From the NCBI GenBank assembly GCA_937898755.1, contig CALEJU010000036.1, forward strand, positions 5,859-69,858: a stretch of 64,000 nucleotides of DNA. Reading direction: 5' to 3'. This document shows, one piece after another, positions 35,806-46,843 of the stretch. Position numbers and translations under genes: made by a program. Origin of the DNA: an uncultured Acidobacteriota bacterium (GTDB taxonomy: Bacteria; Acidobacteriota; Terriglobia; Terriglobales; SCQP01). Numbering within the stretch: position 1 is the stretch's first letter; each line of letters begins with the position of its first letter. The notes beneath the pieces are model-generated. The model was given only the letters and a program-made list of their open reading frames with translations. It did no database searches and had not been told where the DNA came from.

Positions 35806-37929
35806 TCAACCGTCCGCAAGAACGATCTCGGAGAAGTCTGCAACCCGAGAAAGTTCCTGCGCCGCCCAGGCTAGCAGTCCCAAACGGTTGGCACGCAAGC
35901 GGGGATCCTCTGCGTTGACCCGCACGGTCGTAAAGAAGCGCTCCAACACCTCTCCGGTGTCTGCAGCCCAGAGCAATTCAGACTTGTACCGATCAATTTC
36001 GGGCCGATCGTCGATGTCGCTCCCCCCTTGACCCAGCCTGTGCAGCTCCAAGCAGTGCGCCAATTCACCTTCCGCTGCTTCCTGCAAGAGGTCCTTGTTC
36101 CACTCGCACGCTGTCCAGTTTTCCTTTCGAACAATATTCCGAATGCGCTTCATCGCCGCAGCCGCCGCGGCAAACTCTGTTGCCGCCTGCTGCCGTGTCG
36201 AGGTCACGGCTTGGACTCGCCGCAACGCGTCCAGAGGATCGTTCGCCGAGACCGTGAGTACAGCCCGCACCGTGTCCAGCGCGTAGCCTCCGACCTCGCG
36301 CAAATAGAATTCAAGACGTTCCTGGAAAAACTGCTGTAATCCGGACAAGGCTGTCGCCCGGTCCCCCAGTCCTTCCGCGTATCCAGCCATGGCTTCCTGT
36401 TGGGCCTGATTGAGATCCAGCGTTAGAGTTCTCTCGAGCAGCGTGCGAATGATGCCGTTGGCCTGGCGTCGCAAAGCGAACGGGTCTCGGGACCCGGTGG
36501 GGATCTCCCCCGCCAAAAACATGCCGGCGATGGTGTCCAGCTTGTCGGCCACCCCTAAAGCCGCGGCTTCCGCGCTGGGTGGGAGAGGGCCCTCGGTCGA
36601 GAGCGGCTCGTATTGAAAATAAATGGCATCCCGTATGGCGGGACTGTGCCCCTCTGCCTCGGCATAGAGGCCGCCGATCTTTCCCTGCAACTCGGTGAAC
36701 TCCTTGACCAGTTCGGTGGTGAGATCACACTTGGCCAGCGGCGTCGCGATGGCGATCGTTGTCACGTCTGCATGCCACTGCTCAGCCAGCCACTTGGCCA
36801 GCCGCAAGTTGCGCTCCGTCTTGGCGTGGTAGTTGCCCAGTCTGGCTTGGAAGGTGACCTGTTTCAGGTCTTCCAAGCGACTGAACAAAGGGCGCTTGCG
36901 GTCGGTCTGCCAGAAAAAGCGGGCATCGTTGAACCGGGCGCGTAGAACGCGCTCATGCCCGTGGCGGATGATCGCCTCGCGCTCCGCCCGGGGCTCGCCC
37001 GCCAGGTCGGTCACTGCGCAGAAACCCGGCAAAAGACGTCCTTCCGCATCCTCAAGAGCAAAGTACTTTTGGTGATCGCGCATGACGGTCACCAGTACTT
37101 CCCCAGGCAATTCCAGATAGTCCTTCGCAAAACTCCCTGCCAGAACTCCTGGATTTTCAGTCAGATCGCGCAACAGGCTCAGCAGGTTGGGATCAGACCG
37201 GTGTCGCCCCCCTGCACAGCCAGCCACGGCTGGGAGGGCGCTTTGCAAGGTCGCCTCCCGCTCCTGGGGCGCAGCAATGACGAAGTGCAACCTGAGCTGT
37301 TCATCGTAAGTCATTGCTGATTCGATACTTATTTGACTTTGCGACAGGCCACGATGGCCTCGTGTCTGGCGCCCGGCCATCAGTCCAGCGAGACGGACAG
37401 GCAGGATTTCGGCGCCGTGCAACACCAACAACCATCGCAGCGGGCGGACAAATTTGGCTCCGGCGCGGCCCTGCCATTGCATGGCCTTCGGCAAATCTAA
37501 GGCGGCAAATGCTTCCGGCAGCAAGGTGTCGAGAAGCTGTGCCAGCGATTGGCCCCGGTGATGGCGGCGGACCGCGACGTATTCGCCCTTCAGGGTGCTC
37601 ACGCGGTACAAATCGGTGGGTGCGGCACCAAATTTAGCGGCAAAGTTCTTTGCTTGGACAGTCAAGGCGCCGTCAGCGGCAAATGCGAGGCGGGCTGGAG
37701 GCCCGACTTGTTCTTCGTCCCGGTCCGGCTGGTTTTGGGCTACAGCCGGGAAAACCACGGCGACGCGACGCGGCGTCCAGAACACCCGGCGGTTCGTAGC
37801 AGCGGCAGCGATCAAGCCGGTGGCGGCTAGACGGCTTTCCATCTGATCGGCGAACTGTTGCGCCAATCCCGACACCATGCGTGCCGGGATCTCTTCGCTG
37901 CCAAGTTCAATTAACAAGTCGTGGTTCAT
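35806..37929 (-). CDS. glyS: glycine--tRNA ligase beta subunit
   Basis: 707 aa. The N-terminus MNHDLLIELGSEEIPARM is typical of GlyS. It lies directly downstream of glyQ (28-nt gap). Confidence 0.9.
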   Translation of the reverse strand: MNHDLLIELGSEEIPARMVSGLAQQFADQMESRLAATGLIAAAATNRRVFWTPRRVAVVFPAVAQNQPDRDEEQVGPPARLAFAADGALTVQAKNFAAKFGAAPTDLYRVSTLKGEYVAVRRHHRGQSLAQLLDTLLPEAFAALDLPKAMQWQGRAGAKFVRPLRWLLVLHGAEILPVRLAGLMAGRQTRGHRGLSQSQISIESAMTYDEQLRLHFVIAAPQEREATLQSALPAVAGCAGGRHRSDPNLLSLLRDLTENPGVLAGSFAKDYLELPGEVLVTVMRDHQKYFALEDAEGRLLPGFCAVTDLAGEPRAEREAIIRHGHERVLRARFNDARFFWQTDRKRPLFSRLEDLKQVTFQARLGNYHAKTERNLRLAKWLAEQWHADVTTIAIATPLAKCDLTTELVKEFTELQGKIGGLYAEAEGHSPAIRDAIYFQYEPLSTEGPLPPSAEAAALGVADKLDTIAGMFLAGEIPTGSRDPFALRRQANGIIRTLLERTLTLDLNQAQQEAMAGYAEGLGDRATALSGLQQFFQERLEFYLREVGGYALDTVRAVLTVSANDPLDALRRVQAVTSTRQQAATEFAAAAAAMKRIRNIVRKENWTACEWNKDLLQEAAEGELAHCLELHRLGQGGSDIDDRPEIDRYKSELLWAADTGEVLERFFTTVRVNAEDPRLRANRLGLLAWAAQELSRVADFSEIVLADG

Positions 37930-37957
37930 GCGGTCTTCAATCGGTCCGGGGCACGTT

Positions 37958-38884
37958 TCAGGCCGGCACGTCGGCGGGAATGTGCGCCGCGGTCCATGCC
38001 CGTGCGATTCCCACGGCGAGGGCGCGAACGCGCTGGATGACGCCCACGCGCTCGGTTACGGAAATGGCGCCGCGAGCATCGAGCAGGTTGAAAAGATGGG
38101 AGCACTTGAGACACAACTCATAGGCGCCCAATAGCGACACGCGCCCGCCGGAAGGGGCATCGGACCGTGTTGCGCGCAACAGCGCGGCACACTCCGCCTC
38201 GTAGAGTTCGAAGTGTTGCCAGAGGCGTTCCACGTCTGCCAACTCGAAGTTGTAAACCGACATCTGCAATTCGTCTTGCAACCGAACGTCGCCATAGGTC
38301 ACGGGATGACCCTCAGGGGTGCGTGTCCAGACGATGTCGTAGATGGACTCCACATCCTGCAGGAATGCCGCGATCCGTTCGAGGCCATAGGTCAATTCGG
38401 CGGCGATGGGGTCCAGATCCACCCCGCCGCACTGTTGAAAATAGGTGAACTGCGTGATCTCCAGGCCGTCCAACATCACCTGCCACCCGACGCCCCAGGC
38501 GCCCAGGGTCGGGGACTCCCAGTTGTCCTCCTCGAACTTGATGTCGTGTTGTTCCCATGCAATGCCGATGGCCCGCAGGCTGGACAAGTACAGTTCCTGA
38601 ACGTTGTCCGGAGGCGGTTTAAGGATGACTTGGAACTGCGTGTGCTTGTAGAGCCGGTTGGGGTTCTCTCCATAGCGGCCGTCGGCGGGGCGGCGGCTGG
38701 GCTGCAAGTAGGCAACTCGGTAGGGCTGAGGTCCAAGCACGCGCAGGAAGGTTTCCGGCGCCATGGTCCCGGCACCTACTTCGAGATCAAAGGGAAGCTG
38801 CAGAATGCAACCCTGCTCCGCCCAAAACGCTTGGAGCTGAAGCATCAGTTGCTGATAGGTGGGGGCCGCCGGATGCGTGGGCAT
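37958..38884 (-). CDS. glyQ: glycine--tRNA ligase alpha subunit
   Basis: Contains [54 protein letters not shown] and [22 protein letters not shown]. Confidence 0.95.
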   Translation of the reverse strand: MPTHPAAPTYQQLMLQLQAFWAEQGCILQLPFDLEVGAGTMAPETFLRVLGPQPYRVAYLQPSRRPADGRYGENPNRLYKHTQFQVILKPPPDNVQELYLSSLRAIGIAWEQHDIKFEEDNWESPTLGAWGVGWQVMLDGLEITQFTYFQQCGGVDLDPIAAELTYGLERIAAFLQDVESIYDIVWTRTPEGHPVTYGDVRLQDELQMSVYNFELADVERLWQHFELYEAECAALLRATRSDAPSGGRVSLLGAYELCLKCSHLFNLLDARGAISVTERVGVIQRVRALAVGIARAWTAAHIPADVPA

Positions 38885-38923
38885 GAGAGGTCCACGTCAT
38901 TGTATGACATGGCCTGCCCGCTG

Positions 38924-39700
38924 TCAGAGTTCTTCAAGCAGAGCGCGGCTTTGCAGGCGGAATTCCAGGTGGGCTTCGAGACGCTGCAGCAGACAACGTC
39001 GCAGGTCCTGCGCCGTTTCCTTGCTGTCCCAACCCTCAACGGGAATCGCGTTCAATGGAGTACGGAGCATGGCAAGGGCAAGGCGCCGCGCCAGTGAACT
39101 GAGCTGGCTCATACCGGCATATGCGCAGTCCGAGCACCGCAGCCCTTCCTCCCGGGGATGAAAGAAAACCGGACGTAGATCGAGCGGTGGGTCGTTCACG
39201 ATACCCGAATCCAGACTCCGCCCACAGGCGGCACAGGTCAGCAGATCGGGCAGAAAACCGGCGAGACGCACCATCCAGAACAAGTAGTAGGTCAAGGGCA
39301 GCCAGATTGGAGCGCCTTCGCGTACGCGCTCCAGCACGACCAACAGCAGCCGGAATACGCGTTCGTTTACCTCGTGATCCGGCAACAACTTATCCGCCAC
39401 CTCCGCGATCACGGAGAGCCCCAGTGACGTGGCGTAGTCGGCGGAGGCCGCGTTCATCATCGAGGTCACCACTTCGCAACGGTCCACCGTGGTCAACTCG
39501 CGGTTCTCGCGCTCAAAAAAAGCAATCCGAACATGCGTCAAAGGCTCAAGGGCCGCCCCGTAGCCTCCTTTGGTACGGCGCGCTCCGCGACACACCCCCC
39601 GGTATTTGCCGAACTCGCGTGTCAGAAAACAGGCGATCTTGTCCGATTCCTTGAGGGGAAAGGTGCGCAGGATGAAGGCTTCAGCGTCGCGAACCGGCAT
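38924..39700 (-). CDS. recO: DNA repair protein RecO
   Basis: The OB-fold N-terminus is MPVRDAEAFILRTFPLKESDKI. A zinc-finger CAACGRSL...LRCSDC is present. Trimmed to the ATG at 39700. Confidence 0.85.
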   Translation of the reverse strand: MPVRDAEAFILRTFPLKESDKIACFLTREFGKYRGVCRGARRTKGGYGAALEPLTHVRIAFFERENRELTTVDRCEVVTSMMNAASADYATSLGLSVIAEVADKLLPDHEVNERVFRLLLVVLERVREGAPIWLPLTYYLFWMVRLAGFLPDLLTCAACGRSLDSGIVNDPPLDLRPVFFHPREEGLRCSDCAYAGMSQLSSLARRLALAMLRTPLNAIPVEGWDSKETAQDLRRCLLQRLEAHLEFRLQSRALLEEL

Positions 39701-39868
39701 GGCGAGGGCTGGCCCGAGGCTACCACGACGCCGGCCGATACTGAGTCCGATAACGCCATTTTCCACACGCCCGGCTCGCGCTGCGGAGCCGTGGTTGACA
39801 TAATTCCGGAACAGTTCCCGGCAAAGTCGTGTCCACGCCGTTTCTGTCAGGCTGCGTTGAGGGAGGCC

Positions 39869-40525
39869 TTAGGCGGGCTTACTGAAATCCACCAGGTAGC
39901 AAAGGGCGCCGCGATACCAGATCAGATTTAAATCCTGCACCTCGGGAGGGAGGAACTCGATCGGCGGATGAAACTGATAAAGCGGATTGACCCGAACCAT
40001 GAGCCGCCCCATCCAAGTCGAACGCCGATCCGGGCGGAGCCCTTCGGCGCTGATTACAATGCGTGCTCCGGGCTTGGCCACACGCAACATCTCGCTGGCC
40101 GCCAATTGCCTGTTGCTGAAGGTGTTGAAACTGCCAAAGTGCAGGACGGCATCGAAGCTCTCGCTTGCAAACGGCAGATGGACGGCGTCACCCTCCACCA
40201 GAAGGGGGGTAAGGCCCTGCCGCACCAGTTTTCGACGGCTCTGCTCCAGCATGCCTGGCGAAATATCGAGACCGACCAATTGCCCCTTCGGTCCGACTTG
40301 ACCGGCCATCAACAACAAATTGCTGCCGGTGCCGACGCTGACTTCCAACACGCGGTAGCCAGGCTGCAGGTGCAACCTCCCGATCAAATGCAGGCGTGAT
40401 TGTCGATCCGAAAACCCGCGTGCCCATCCCATGACGGAGAGCGCCCGGTCATACACCCAAGCGGTGCGATTGTAAAAGTCCCGCCAACGTCGGTCTGGAT
40501 CTTCCATAATTGCGCGCCCATTCAT
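39869..40525 (-). CDS. class I SAM-dependent methyltransferase
   Basis: Contains motif I (VLEVSVGTGSN) and VEGDAVHLPFASESFDAVL, a Methyltransf_11-like pattern. Confidence 0.75.
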   Translation of the reverse strand: MNGRAIMEDPDRRWRDFYNRTAWVYDRALSVMGWARGFSDRQSRLHLIGRLHLQPGYRVLEVSVGTGSNLLLMAGQVGPKGQLVGLDISPGMLEQSRRKLVRQGLTPLLVEGDAVHLPFASESFDAVLHFGSFNTFSNRQLAASEMLRVAKPGARIVISAEGLRPDRRSTWMGRLMVRVNPLYQFHPPIEFLPPEVQDLNLIWYRGALCYLVDFSKPA

Positions 40526-40534
40526 TATAAGGTC

Positions 40535-40572
40535 GTGCTGCCCATCCTGATTCCCGTTGTTCTGGGCAGCAC
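40535..40572. promoter_or_regulatory. inverted repeat with 10-bp perfect arms (GTGCTGCCCA ... TGGGCAGCAC, 18-nt spacer) between divergent methyltransferase and PfkB-kinase genes
   Basis: Read directly: 40535..40544 is the reverse complement of 40563..40572. It begins 10 nt upstream of the methyltransferase ATG (40525). Confidence 0.3.
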
Positions 40573-40646
40573 CGCCGCCCTTCCCATATGGATTGTCCCG
40601 CAGCAGCCCTATCGCTCCGCAACCATCAATTTGTTACGCTGCCTCG

Positions 40647-41618
40647 GTGACCCCACGCTTCGACGTCGTCGGACTCGGACTCAACGCTCGCGATCAGATC
40701 GTCGAGATCGGCGCGTTTCCAGGACCCGGCGGCAAAGTGCGTTACAGCACAGCTTCTCTGGCGCCCGGGGGGCAGGTTGCTGTGGCCTGCGTCGTCTGTC
40801 AGCGTCATGGTTTGCGAACGCGTTACGCCGGTAGGGTCGGTGACGATGCGGCCGGAGTCCTTCAACGCGAAGAATTGGCCGCGGAAGGTATTGATCTGAG
40901 CGCGTTGAGCATCGTCCCCAATACCCCCTCGCAACTGGCGACCGTTTTCGTTGACACCAGAGGTGAACGGACCATTGTCTTTGAGCGCTCTCCGGATCTG
41001 GCCTGCCCGCTTGACGCCGTTTCGCCATCCTGGATCGCCTCCGGGGAGTGGCTGCTAGTAGATGGTTACGACGCAGCGGCGGCCGCCGGTGCGGCTCGCA
41101 TCGCACGTGCGACAGGCACGCGCGTCCTCTCCGACCTGAGCAATCTGTACCCGGAGCAGCGTACGCACACCGAGGACCTGCTGCACCACACGGACGACCT
41201 CATCTGTTCGCACCGATTTCCGGAAAGTTTCTTCAGCGGGGGCAACCTCTTGCAATCACTCCCTCGATTCCGCGCAACTTTCGGAATCGCTCGCGTCGCC
41301 GTCACGCTGGGGCGAGAAGGCGTTTTAGCACTCGACGCCTCCGGGTGGCACTACACGCCGGGATATGTTGTTCCAGAAACCGATACGACCGGAGCTGGCG
41401 ATGTCTTCCACGGCGGCTTTCTAATTGCTCAACAGAGCGGTGCGACATGGACCGCGTCCTTGGATTTTGCCGCCGCGCTGGCCGCCTTGAATTGCACCGC
41501 GCGTGGCGCTCGCGGTCACATTGCGACAGCGGAAGAGGCGAACGCGTTCCGTAAAGGCGCCTCCCGCCACCCTGTTCCGGCGTGGCTGCAGAGTGTGATC
41601 CTTGCCGCGCAGTCGTGA
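40647..41618 (+). CDS. PfkB-family carbohydrate kinase (ribokinase-like)
   Basis: Contains FDVVGLGLNARD, APGGQVAVACVV and DTTGAGDVFHGGF (GAGD anion-hole motif). The start is uncertain: GTG at 40647, or the track start at 40557. Confidence 0.75.
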   Translation: MTPRFDVVGLGLNARDQIVEIGAFPGPGGKVRYSTASLAPGGQVAVACVVCQRHGLRTRYAGRVGDDAAGVLQREELAAEGIDLSALSIVPNTPSQLATVFVDTRGERTIVFERSPDLACPLDAVSPSWIASGEWLLVDGYDAAAAAGAARIARATGTRVLSDLSNLYPEQRTHTEDLLHHTDDLICSHRFPESFFSGGNLLQSLPRFRATFGIARVAVTLGREGVLALDASGWHYTPGYVVPETDTTGAGDVFHGGFLIAQQSGATWTASLDFAAALAALNCTARGARGHIATAEEANAFRKGASRHPVPAWLQSVILAAQS

Positions 41619-41624
41619 TCCTGC

Positions 41625-42305
41625 ATGCTGCCCCTTCGCGATAGCGCCCCCCGCTTCAAGTTGCCTTGGGTGACTTGGGGCCTCATTACACTCAACATCT
41701 CCATTTTTCTCTTCGAGTTGCACCTTCCGCCCTCATTTCTGGGCCGCACGCTGTTGCCGGCACTGGGTCTGGTGCCTGCACACGTGACTACGTTTCTCGC
41801 CGGCGCCCCAATTGCACCCCTCAACGTGGTCTTGCCATTCTTCAGCAGCATGTTCCTCCATGCCGGCTGGCTTCATATTCTCGGCAACATGTGGATGCTT
41901 TATCTTTTTGGGGATAACGTGGAAGACGTGTTGGGCCACGGACGGTTCCTCGGCTTCTACCTCGCTTGTGGCTTGGTTGCAGGCTTGACGCAATGCCTCT
42001 TTCAACCGCATAGCACGGTGCCCACCATCGGCGCGAGTGGCGCCATCGCCGGCGTCATGGGCGGGTATCTTATACATTTTCCGCATGCCCGAGTTCTCAC
42101 CCTTGTACCGTTCCTGTTCTTCTGGGCGGTGGAATTACCGGCATGGGCCATTCTGGGCTACTGGTTCTTCCTGCAATTACTGAGTGGGACCGCGCTATTG
42201 GCGTTGAGTGGGGCCGTTGCTGAGGGAGGCGTAGCCTGGTTTGCACATCTGGGAGGTTTCATTACCGGTGCATTTCTGGTCAAATGGGTGCCGTCAGAAC
42301 TCTGA
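41625..42305 (+). CDS. rhomboid-family intramembrane serine protease
   Basis: Contains FLHAGWLHILGNMWML, GASGAIAGVMG (GxSG catalytic Ser) and AHLGGFITGAF (catalytic His); six or more TM segments. Confidence 0.85.
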   Translation: MLPLRDSAPRFKLPWVTWGLITLNISIFLFELHLPPSFLGRTLLPALGLVPAHVTTFLAGAPIAPLNVVLPFFSSMFLHAGWLHILGNMWMLYLFGDNVEDVLGHGRFLGFYLACGLVAGLTQCLFQPHSTVPTIGASGAIAGVMGGYLIHFPHARVLTLVPFLFFWAVELPAWAILGYWFFLQLLSGTALLALSGAVAEGGVAWFAHLGGFITGAFLVKWVPSEL

Positions 42306-42320
42306 CATAGGGGAGACAGG

Positions 42321-44807
42321 ATGACTCATCCTCGGCCCGCACTGTTGATTACGCTGCTTCTCTTCTTCACGCCGCTGTGCATCGGCAGTGCCAGCGCCCA
42401 GGCACCGGACTTGGAGCAGGAGTATGCCCAGGTGGTGCGGCCCACCCCCGATCTCACCCACGTGTTTCGGGTCGCCAATCTGAACTTCCAGAAGGATGCG
42501 CTGCAGTTTCATCTCCTCAGCGGCAGCCTGGCGCTCACCCAACCGGTGCACGGCAAGGTGGCGGCTGCGATTTTCGTCGGCGAGGGCGAGTTGCGGGTGG
42601 AGCCTCCCAACCCGACTGAACGCGGTCAAATGCTCAGCTTCACCGGCGAGCCGCATATCGCACTTCCCTTCACCCAGGCTGTGTTTCGTTTTGGCGACGC
42701 CACTGCCTTTCTTGCCGCTCTCGGCAGCAGCGTGAAGTTTGCCCCGGGCGCAGATGCCGGCTTTGGGAATGTCGTCCAATCGCGCGCCAAGGACATTGAA
42801 GAGGAGGGGCTCTCCGACGCCGCGGCGGTGTTACAAAGCATTTATGCCGCGGATCCGGTCAATGGCCTTTGGCTGGTCGACATGAAATCGGACCGAAGCG
42901 ACTGGGTGCAAGCCTCCTTTGATCCTCTACAAACCGAAGAGGTACGCGTCCACCAGTATCGCCAGGGTGCCAAAACAGGGCTGCAAGTCTTTGACGATAC
43001 ATGGACGCAGTTTGTGCAGGAATCAGACCGCAAGTCCAATGTGACGGCGGCGCAAAAACATCCGGAATTATTGCAGTTCAGCGATTACCACCTTGATGTG
43101 ACGGTACCCGGAAACCTCGATATGACGGGCGACGCTGCGGTCACGCTCAACGCCCTGCAGCCGGTCGGACGGGGAGTACTGTTGTACCTCGATTCGAATC
43201 TTCGCATCCTTGACGCCAAGACCGCCGACGGGCAGCCCCTCGCGACTGTGCAGCCGCGTGATCCCAAGCGCTTTCGCTCGCCGCGCTACTTTGGCGACTG
43301 GCTGTACGTCCAGCTTCCCTCCCCTCTGGCGGCAGGCGCCAAGCTGACCCTTGACTTTCGCTATCACGGCAAGAACGTCGTCACGCGCGTCGGTGACGGC
43401 AACTTTTTTTGTCGCAGCTCCGGCTGGTACCCCAGTTACGAGGTGGGAGCGGTGCTGCATCGCAGCAACTACGACATCGTGTTCCATACCGCCAAGAAGA
43501 ACACCGTCGTAGCTACGGGCGCCAAGGTCCGCGATGAACAGGATGGAAAGGACCATGTCACCGAATGGAAGAGCGAGGTGCCACTCCCGGAGGCGGGTTT
43601 TGCCATGGGGGAGTACAAAGTCACGAGTGCGGAGGTTCCGTTACCCGATGGCAGCAAGACTTTGGTTCAGGTCTATTCCAACATTCAGCCGGACGATTTC
43701 TTTCGCGCCGTTAGCACCGCTGCCGATACGCCCTCCGAAGACGCCAATGGGTCTGCCAATAGCGTGGTGGCGCTACCGCCCGGGCTGCAGAACCTGAACA
43801 CGGTGAGTCTGGCTCCCAAGGTGCTTCAAGAAGTTAGCAACGCACTGCGGGTCATGGATGCCTACTTCGGCCCTTATCCCTACAGCAAGCTGGCCGTCTC
43901 CAATATTCCCTACTCCTACGGCCAGGGCTGGCCTTCCCTACTGTACCTGACCAGTCTCAGCTTCCTCGATCCAACGCAGCTTCACGGCTTGGGCGTTGGA
44001 CTGCAGGGCCAGAGGGAATTCAGCGACACCTTCCGAGCGCATGAGACTTCCCACCAGTGGTGGGGCAACGCCGTCGGCTGGGAGACAGCGCACGACCAAT
44101 GGCTTTCGGAAGGCTTTGCGGAGGCTTCCTCTTTGCTTTACGAAACAATCCGTTTTGGCCAGCCACGTGCCTTGGAAACCCTGGAACAGTGGCGCCGCGA
44201 CCTCCTCGTCAAGGACCAGTACGGCGTCGTCGCGAATCAACTCGGCCCGTTATGGCTGGGCGCTCGCCTCAGATCCTCGCACGGGCCGACCGGCTACGAT
44301 GATGTGGTCTACATGAAAGGGGGTTACGTCCTCTACATGCTGCGCGAGATGCTCTACAACCCTGGCGCGAAGACCCCAGACGGCGCCTTCATGGCCCTGA
44401 TGCACGACTTTACAAAGACCTTCTACAACCAGAATGCGTCCACCGAGGACTTCAAAACCGTGGCCGAGCGCCACATGCTCCCCATCATGAACCTCGATGG
44501 CAACGGCAAGCTGGACTGGTTTTTCAACGAATACGTCTACGGTACGGGGATTCCGCTGCTCAAGGTCAGCAATCAGGTTACCGATGCGGGCGGCGGCAAG
44601 TTCGATCTTGCCATCACCGTGCACCAGGATCCGGGTGACTGGAAGGGACTCCTGCCGATCTATCTTTACCGAGATGCCAGCCATTGGGGGCGCGGCCTGC
44701 TGCCGGTTACCAAGGCAGACCAAACGATTCACATCCCTCTTCCCTTCCGTCCCGTGAAGGTGGTCGCCAATCAGTTTGACGACATGCTCATCGGAGTGGA
44801 GCAGTGA
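42321..44807 (+). CDS. secreted M1-family (gluzincin) metallopeptidase
   Basis: Signal-like N-terminus LLITLLLFFTPLCIGSASA. HETSHQWWGNAVGWETAHDQWLSEGFAE matches HEXXH-X18-E exactly. Confidence 0.8.
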   Translation: MTHPRPALLITLLLFFTPLCIGSASAQAPDLEQEYAQVVRPTPDLTHVFRVANLNFQKDALQFHLLSGSLALTQPVHGKVAAAIFVGEGELRVEPPNPTERGQMLSFTGEPHIALPFTQAVFRFGDATAFLAALGSSVKFAPGADAGFGNVVQSRAKDIEEEGLSDAAAVLQSIYAADPVNGLWLVDMKSDRSDWVQASFDPLQTEEVRVHQYRQGAKTGLQVFDDTWTQFVQESDRKSNVTAAQKHPELLQFSDYHLDVTVPGNLDMTGDAAVTLNALQPVGRGVLLYLDSNLRILDAKTADGQPLATVQPRDPKRFRSPRYFGDWLYVQLPSPLAAGAKLTLDFRYHGKNVVTRVGDGNFFCRSSGWYPSYEVGAVLHRSNYDIVFHTAKKNTVVATGAKVRDEQDGKDHVTEWKSEVPLPEAGFAMGEYKVTSAEVPLPDGSKTLVQVYSNIQPDDFFRAVSTAADTPSEDANGSANSVVALPPGLQNLNTVSLAPKVLQEVSNALRVMDAYFGPYPYSKLAVSNIPYSYGQGWPSLLYLTSLSFLDPTQLHGLGVGLQGQREFSDTFRAHETSHQWWGNAVGWETAHDQWLSEGFAEASSLLYETIRFGQPRALETLEQWRRDLLVKDQYGVVANQLGPLWLGARLRSSHGPTGYDDVVYMKGGYVLYMLREMLYNPGAKTPDGAFMALMHDFTKTFYNQNASTEDFKTVAERHMLPIMNLDGNGKLDWFFNEYVYGTGIPLLKVSNQVTDAGGGKFDLAITVHQDPGDWKGLLPIYLYRDASHWGRGLLPVTKADQTIHIPLPFRPVKVVANQFDDMLIGVEQ

Positions 44808-45023
44808 GCGACAGACGCTGACGCTCAATCTTGCGCCCCATCAAGTCGGGCGGTACCGGCCCGCGGAAGTTCGGCGCGACTTCCCCGGGTCGGTTGCACG
44901 CGTTCCCGGCTGAATGACAATCAAATCCAATGAATGTCTCCAATTGAGACCACGGTTTGTGATCGTGAGCGGCTGGTCGTTGAGATGCCGCGTGCGACGC
45001 CTGCTGGCACCGCTCTCCGTCTT

Positions 45024-45632
45024 TCACTCCGCTTTGCCCTGGCGGATGAGCGCCAAGAATTCCTGACGCGTCTGGCTTTCTTCCCGGAAACAACCCAGCA
45101 TGGACGAGGTGACGGCCGACGACCCCTGCTTTTCGACCCCGCGCATCATCATGCACAGGTGGCGGGACTCGATCACCACGCCGACTCCCTGTGGCTGTAC
45201 CAACTCCTGAATGGTTTGCGCGATCTGTGTCGTGAGGCGCTCCTGCACCTGCAGGCGGCGCGCGAACATGTCCACCAGACGCGGAATCTTGCTCAACCCG
45301 ATCACGCGCCCACGAGGCACATACGCGACATGGCAGCGTCCGAAAAACGGTAACAGATGGTGCTCGCAGAGGCTGAATATCTCGATGTCTTTGACGATGA
45401 CCATCTCGTCGTATTCCACCGAAAACAATGCTTTGTGCAGGATCTTTTCGAGATCCGCCTGATAGCCGCTGGTGAGGTAGGCCAGCGCTTTGGCGTAGCG
45501 CTCGGGAGTGCGCAGCAGTCCCTCGCGCTCGGGATCCTCACCCACTCTGGCAATCAGCTCTCGAACCAGTTGTTCGGTGGTCACGTCGGCCAGAGCCGCC
45601 GCCGCGATAAGGGAGTCCTGTTTGCCGTCCAT
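45024..45632 (-). CDS. folE: GTP cyclohydrolase I
   Basis: Contains [27 protein letters not shown] and [15 protein letters not shown]. Confidence 0.95.
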   Translation of the reverse strand: MDGKQDSLIAAAALADVTTEQLVRELIARVGEDPEREGLLRTPERYAKALAYLTSGYQADLEKILHKALFSVEYDEMVIVKDIEIFSLCEHHLLPFFGRCHVAYVPRGRVIGLSKIPRLVDMFARRLQVQERLTTQIAQTIQELVQPQGVGVVIESRHLCMMMRGVEKQGSSAVTSSMLGCFREESQTRQEFLALIRQGKAE

Positions 45633-45639
45633 CGTTCTC

Positions 45640-46815
45640 CTAAAACTTCGTCACCAGAATTGCCGGCTCCACGGGCCGCACTTCGGGACTCGCTCCAGGC
45701 GTGACTGATCCACTGGCCAGAACGGTGCGCCCACGCCAGCGAACCTCCCCGTGGCGGCGATGCCGCCATGTGGATCGCAGCCATAGTATGACGGTTGCTG
45801 CCGCGCCCAGGAGGATTCCGGGTGCCGGCTTCCAGCCCAATCGCCGTAGGCGGCGCGCCTGCCGCGCGTAGCACAGACCCACAAGGCACACACCAAACGT
45901 CGCTGCGCTTAAAAATCCAGCGGCCCATAATCCCAGCGACAACAAACCAATTGCCACAGGCAGGATCAGTCGCAGCAACGGCCCCAGTCGCGGCGGTCCC
46001 CACAACAGGTAAAGATTCTTGATCCACCCTTCCCATAGGCTGGCACGATCCCGATACATGCGCGTTCGCACCTGTCCCTGTCCGGAACGGAATCGCAAGC
46101 GAAAGCCCGCGCGCTTCAGGCGCTCCGCCAGACGCAGATCCTCCAGGACCTCGCCGCGCAGAGCGGCATGTCCGCCCACCGCCTCATACGCCGCGCGGCG
46201 AATCAGGAAGAACTGGCCGTTGGCGGCCGCACAGGCATCGGCCGCGTCATTGACGCGAGCATAAGGATAGCGGCGACTCAGCTCGTCGTAGATCACCGGC
46301 AGCACGGCGCGCTCCCAGATACTGAGCGCCTCCTGTTCGGGCGACAGCGAGAGCGCATCCAGCACCCCCTCCTCCGCCTCAGCCACGGCAGCTTGCAGGG
46401 CACCGGGCAAAAGTCGCGCGTCCGCATCCAGGAAGAGGAGCCAGGTCGACTGCGCGCGCTTCGCCCCGACCCAGACGGCATGGTTCTTACCCGTCCACCC
46501 CTCTGGAAGAGAGCCCGCGCTGACGACTTGCACCCGGCTGTCGGAACACGCCCAGCCGGCCAGCAGCACCGAGGTGCCATCGGTCGACCCGTCGTCCACC
46601 AGCACCACCGCTTCCGGACCGGAAGCCAGCACTGCGGGAACCGACAGTGGCAAGGTCGCCTCCTCGTTGCGCGCAGGAATGATGACCGTGACCGGCAGAT
46701 TGGTGGAGAATGGAACCACGATCAAGATCTCTGCGAACAAAAGCTTCGACGGGCGCAACCACTGCTGCAATACTGGGCGGGCCAGCGTGGCGATGACTCC
46801 CTCTATGATAGCCAA
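45640..46815 (-). CDS. family 2 glycosyltransferase, membrane-associated
   Basis: Contains [19 protein letters not shown] and LLFLDADA (DxD), with C-terminal TM segments. Its stop is 7 nt upstream of the folE start. Confidence 0.8.
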   Translation of the reverse strand: MAIIEGVIATLARPVLQQWLRPSKLLFAEILIVVPFSTNLPVTVIIPARNEEATLPLSVPAVLASGPEAVVLVDDGSTDGTSVLLAGWACSDSRVQVVSAGSLPEGWTGKNHAVWVGAKRAQSTWLLFLDADARLLPGALQAAVAEAEEGVLDALSLSPEQEALSIWERAVLPVIYDELSRRYPYARVNDAADACAAANGQFFLIRRAAYEAVGGHAALRGEVLEDLRLAERLKRAGFRLRFRSGQGQVRTRMYRDRASLWEGWIKNLYLLWGPPRLGPLLRLILPVAIGLLSLGLWAAGFLSAATFGVCLVGLCYARQARRLRRLGWKPAPGILLGAAATVILWLRSTWRHRRHGEVRWRGRTVLASGSVTPGASPEVRPVEPAILVTKF

Positions 46816-46843
46816 CTCCTTCTGCCGCGCTGGCCGGCGCCAC

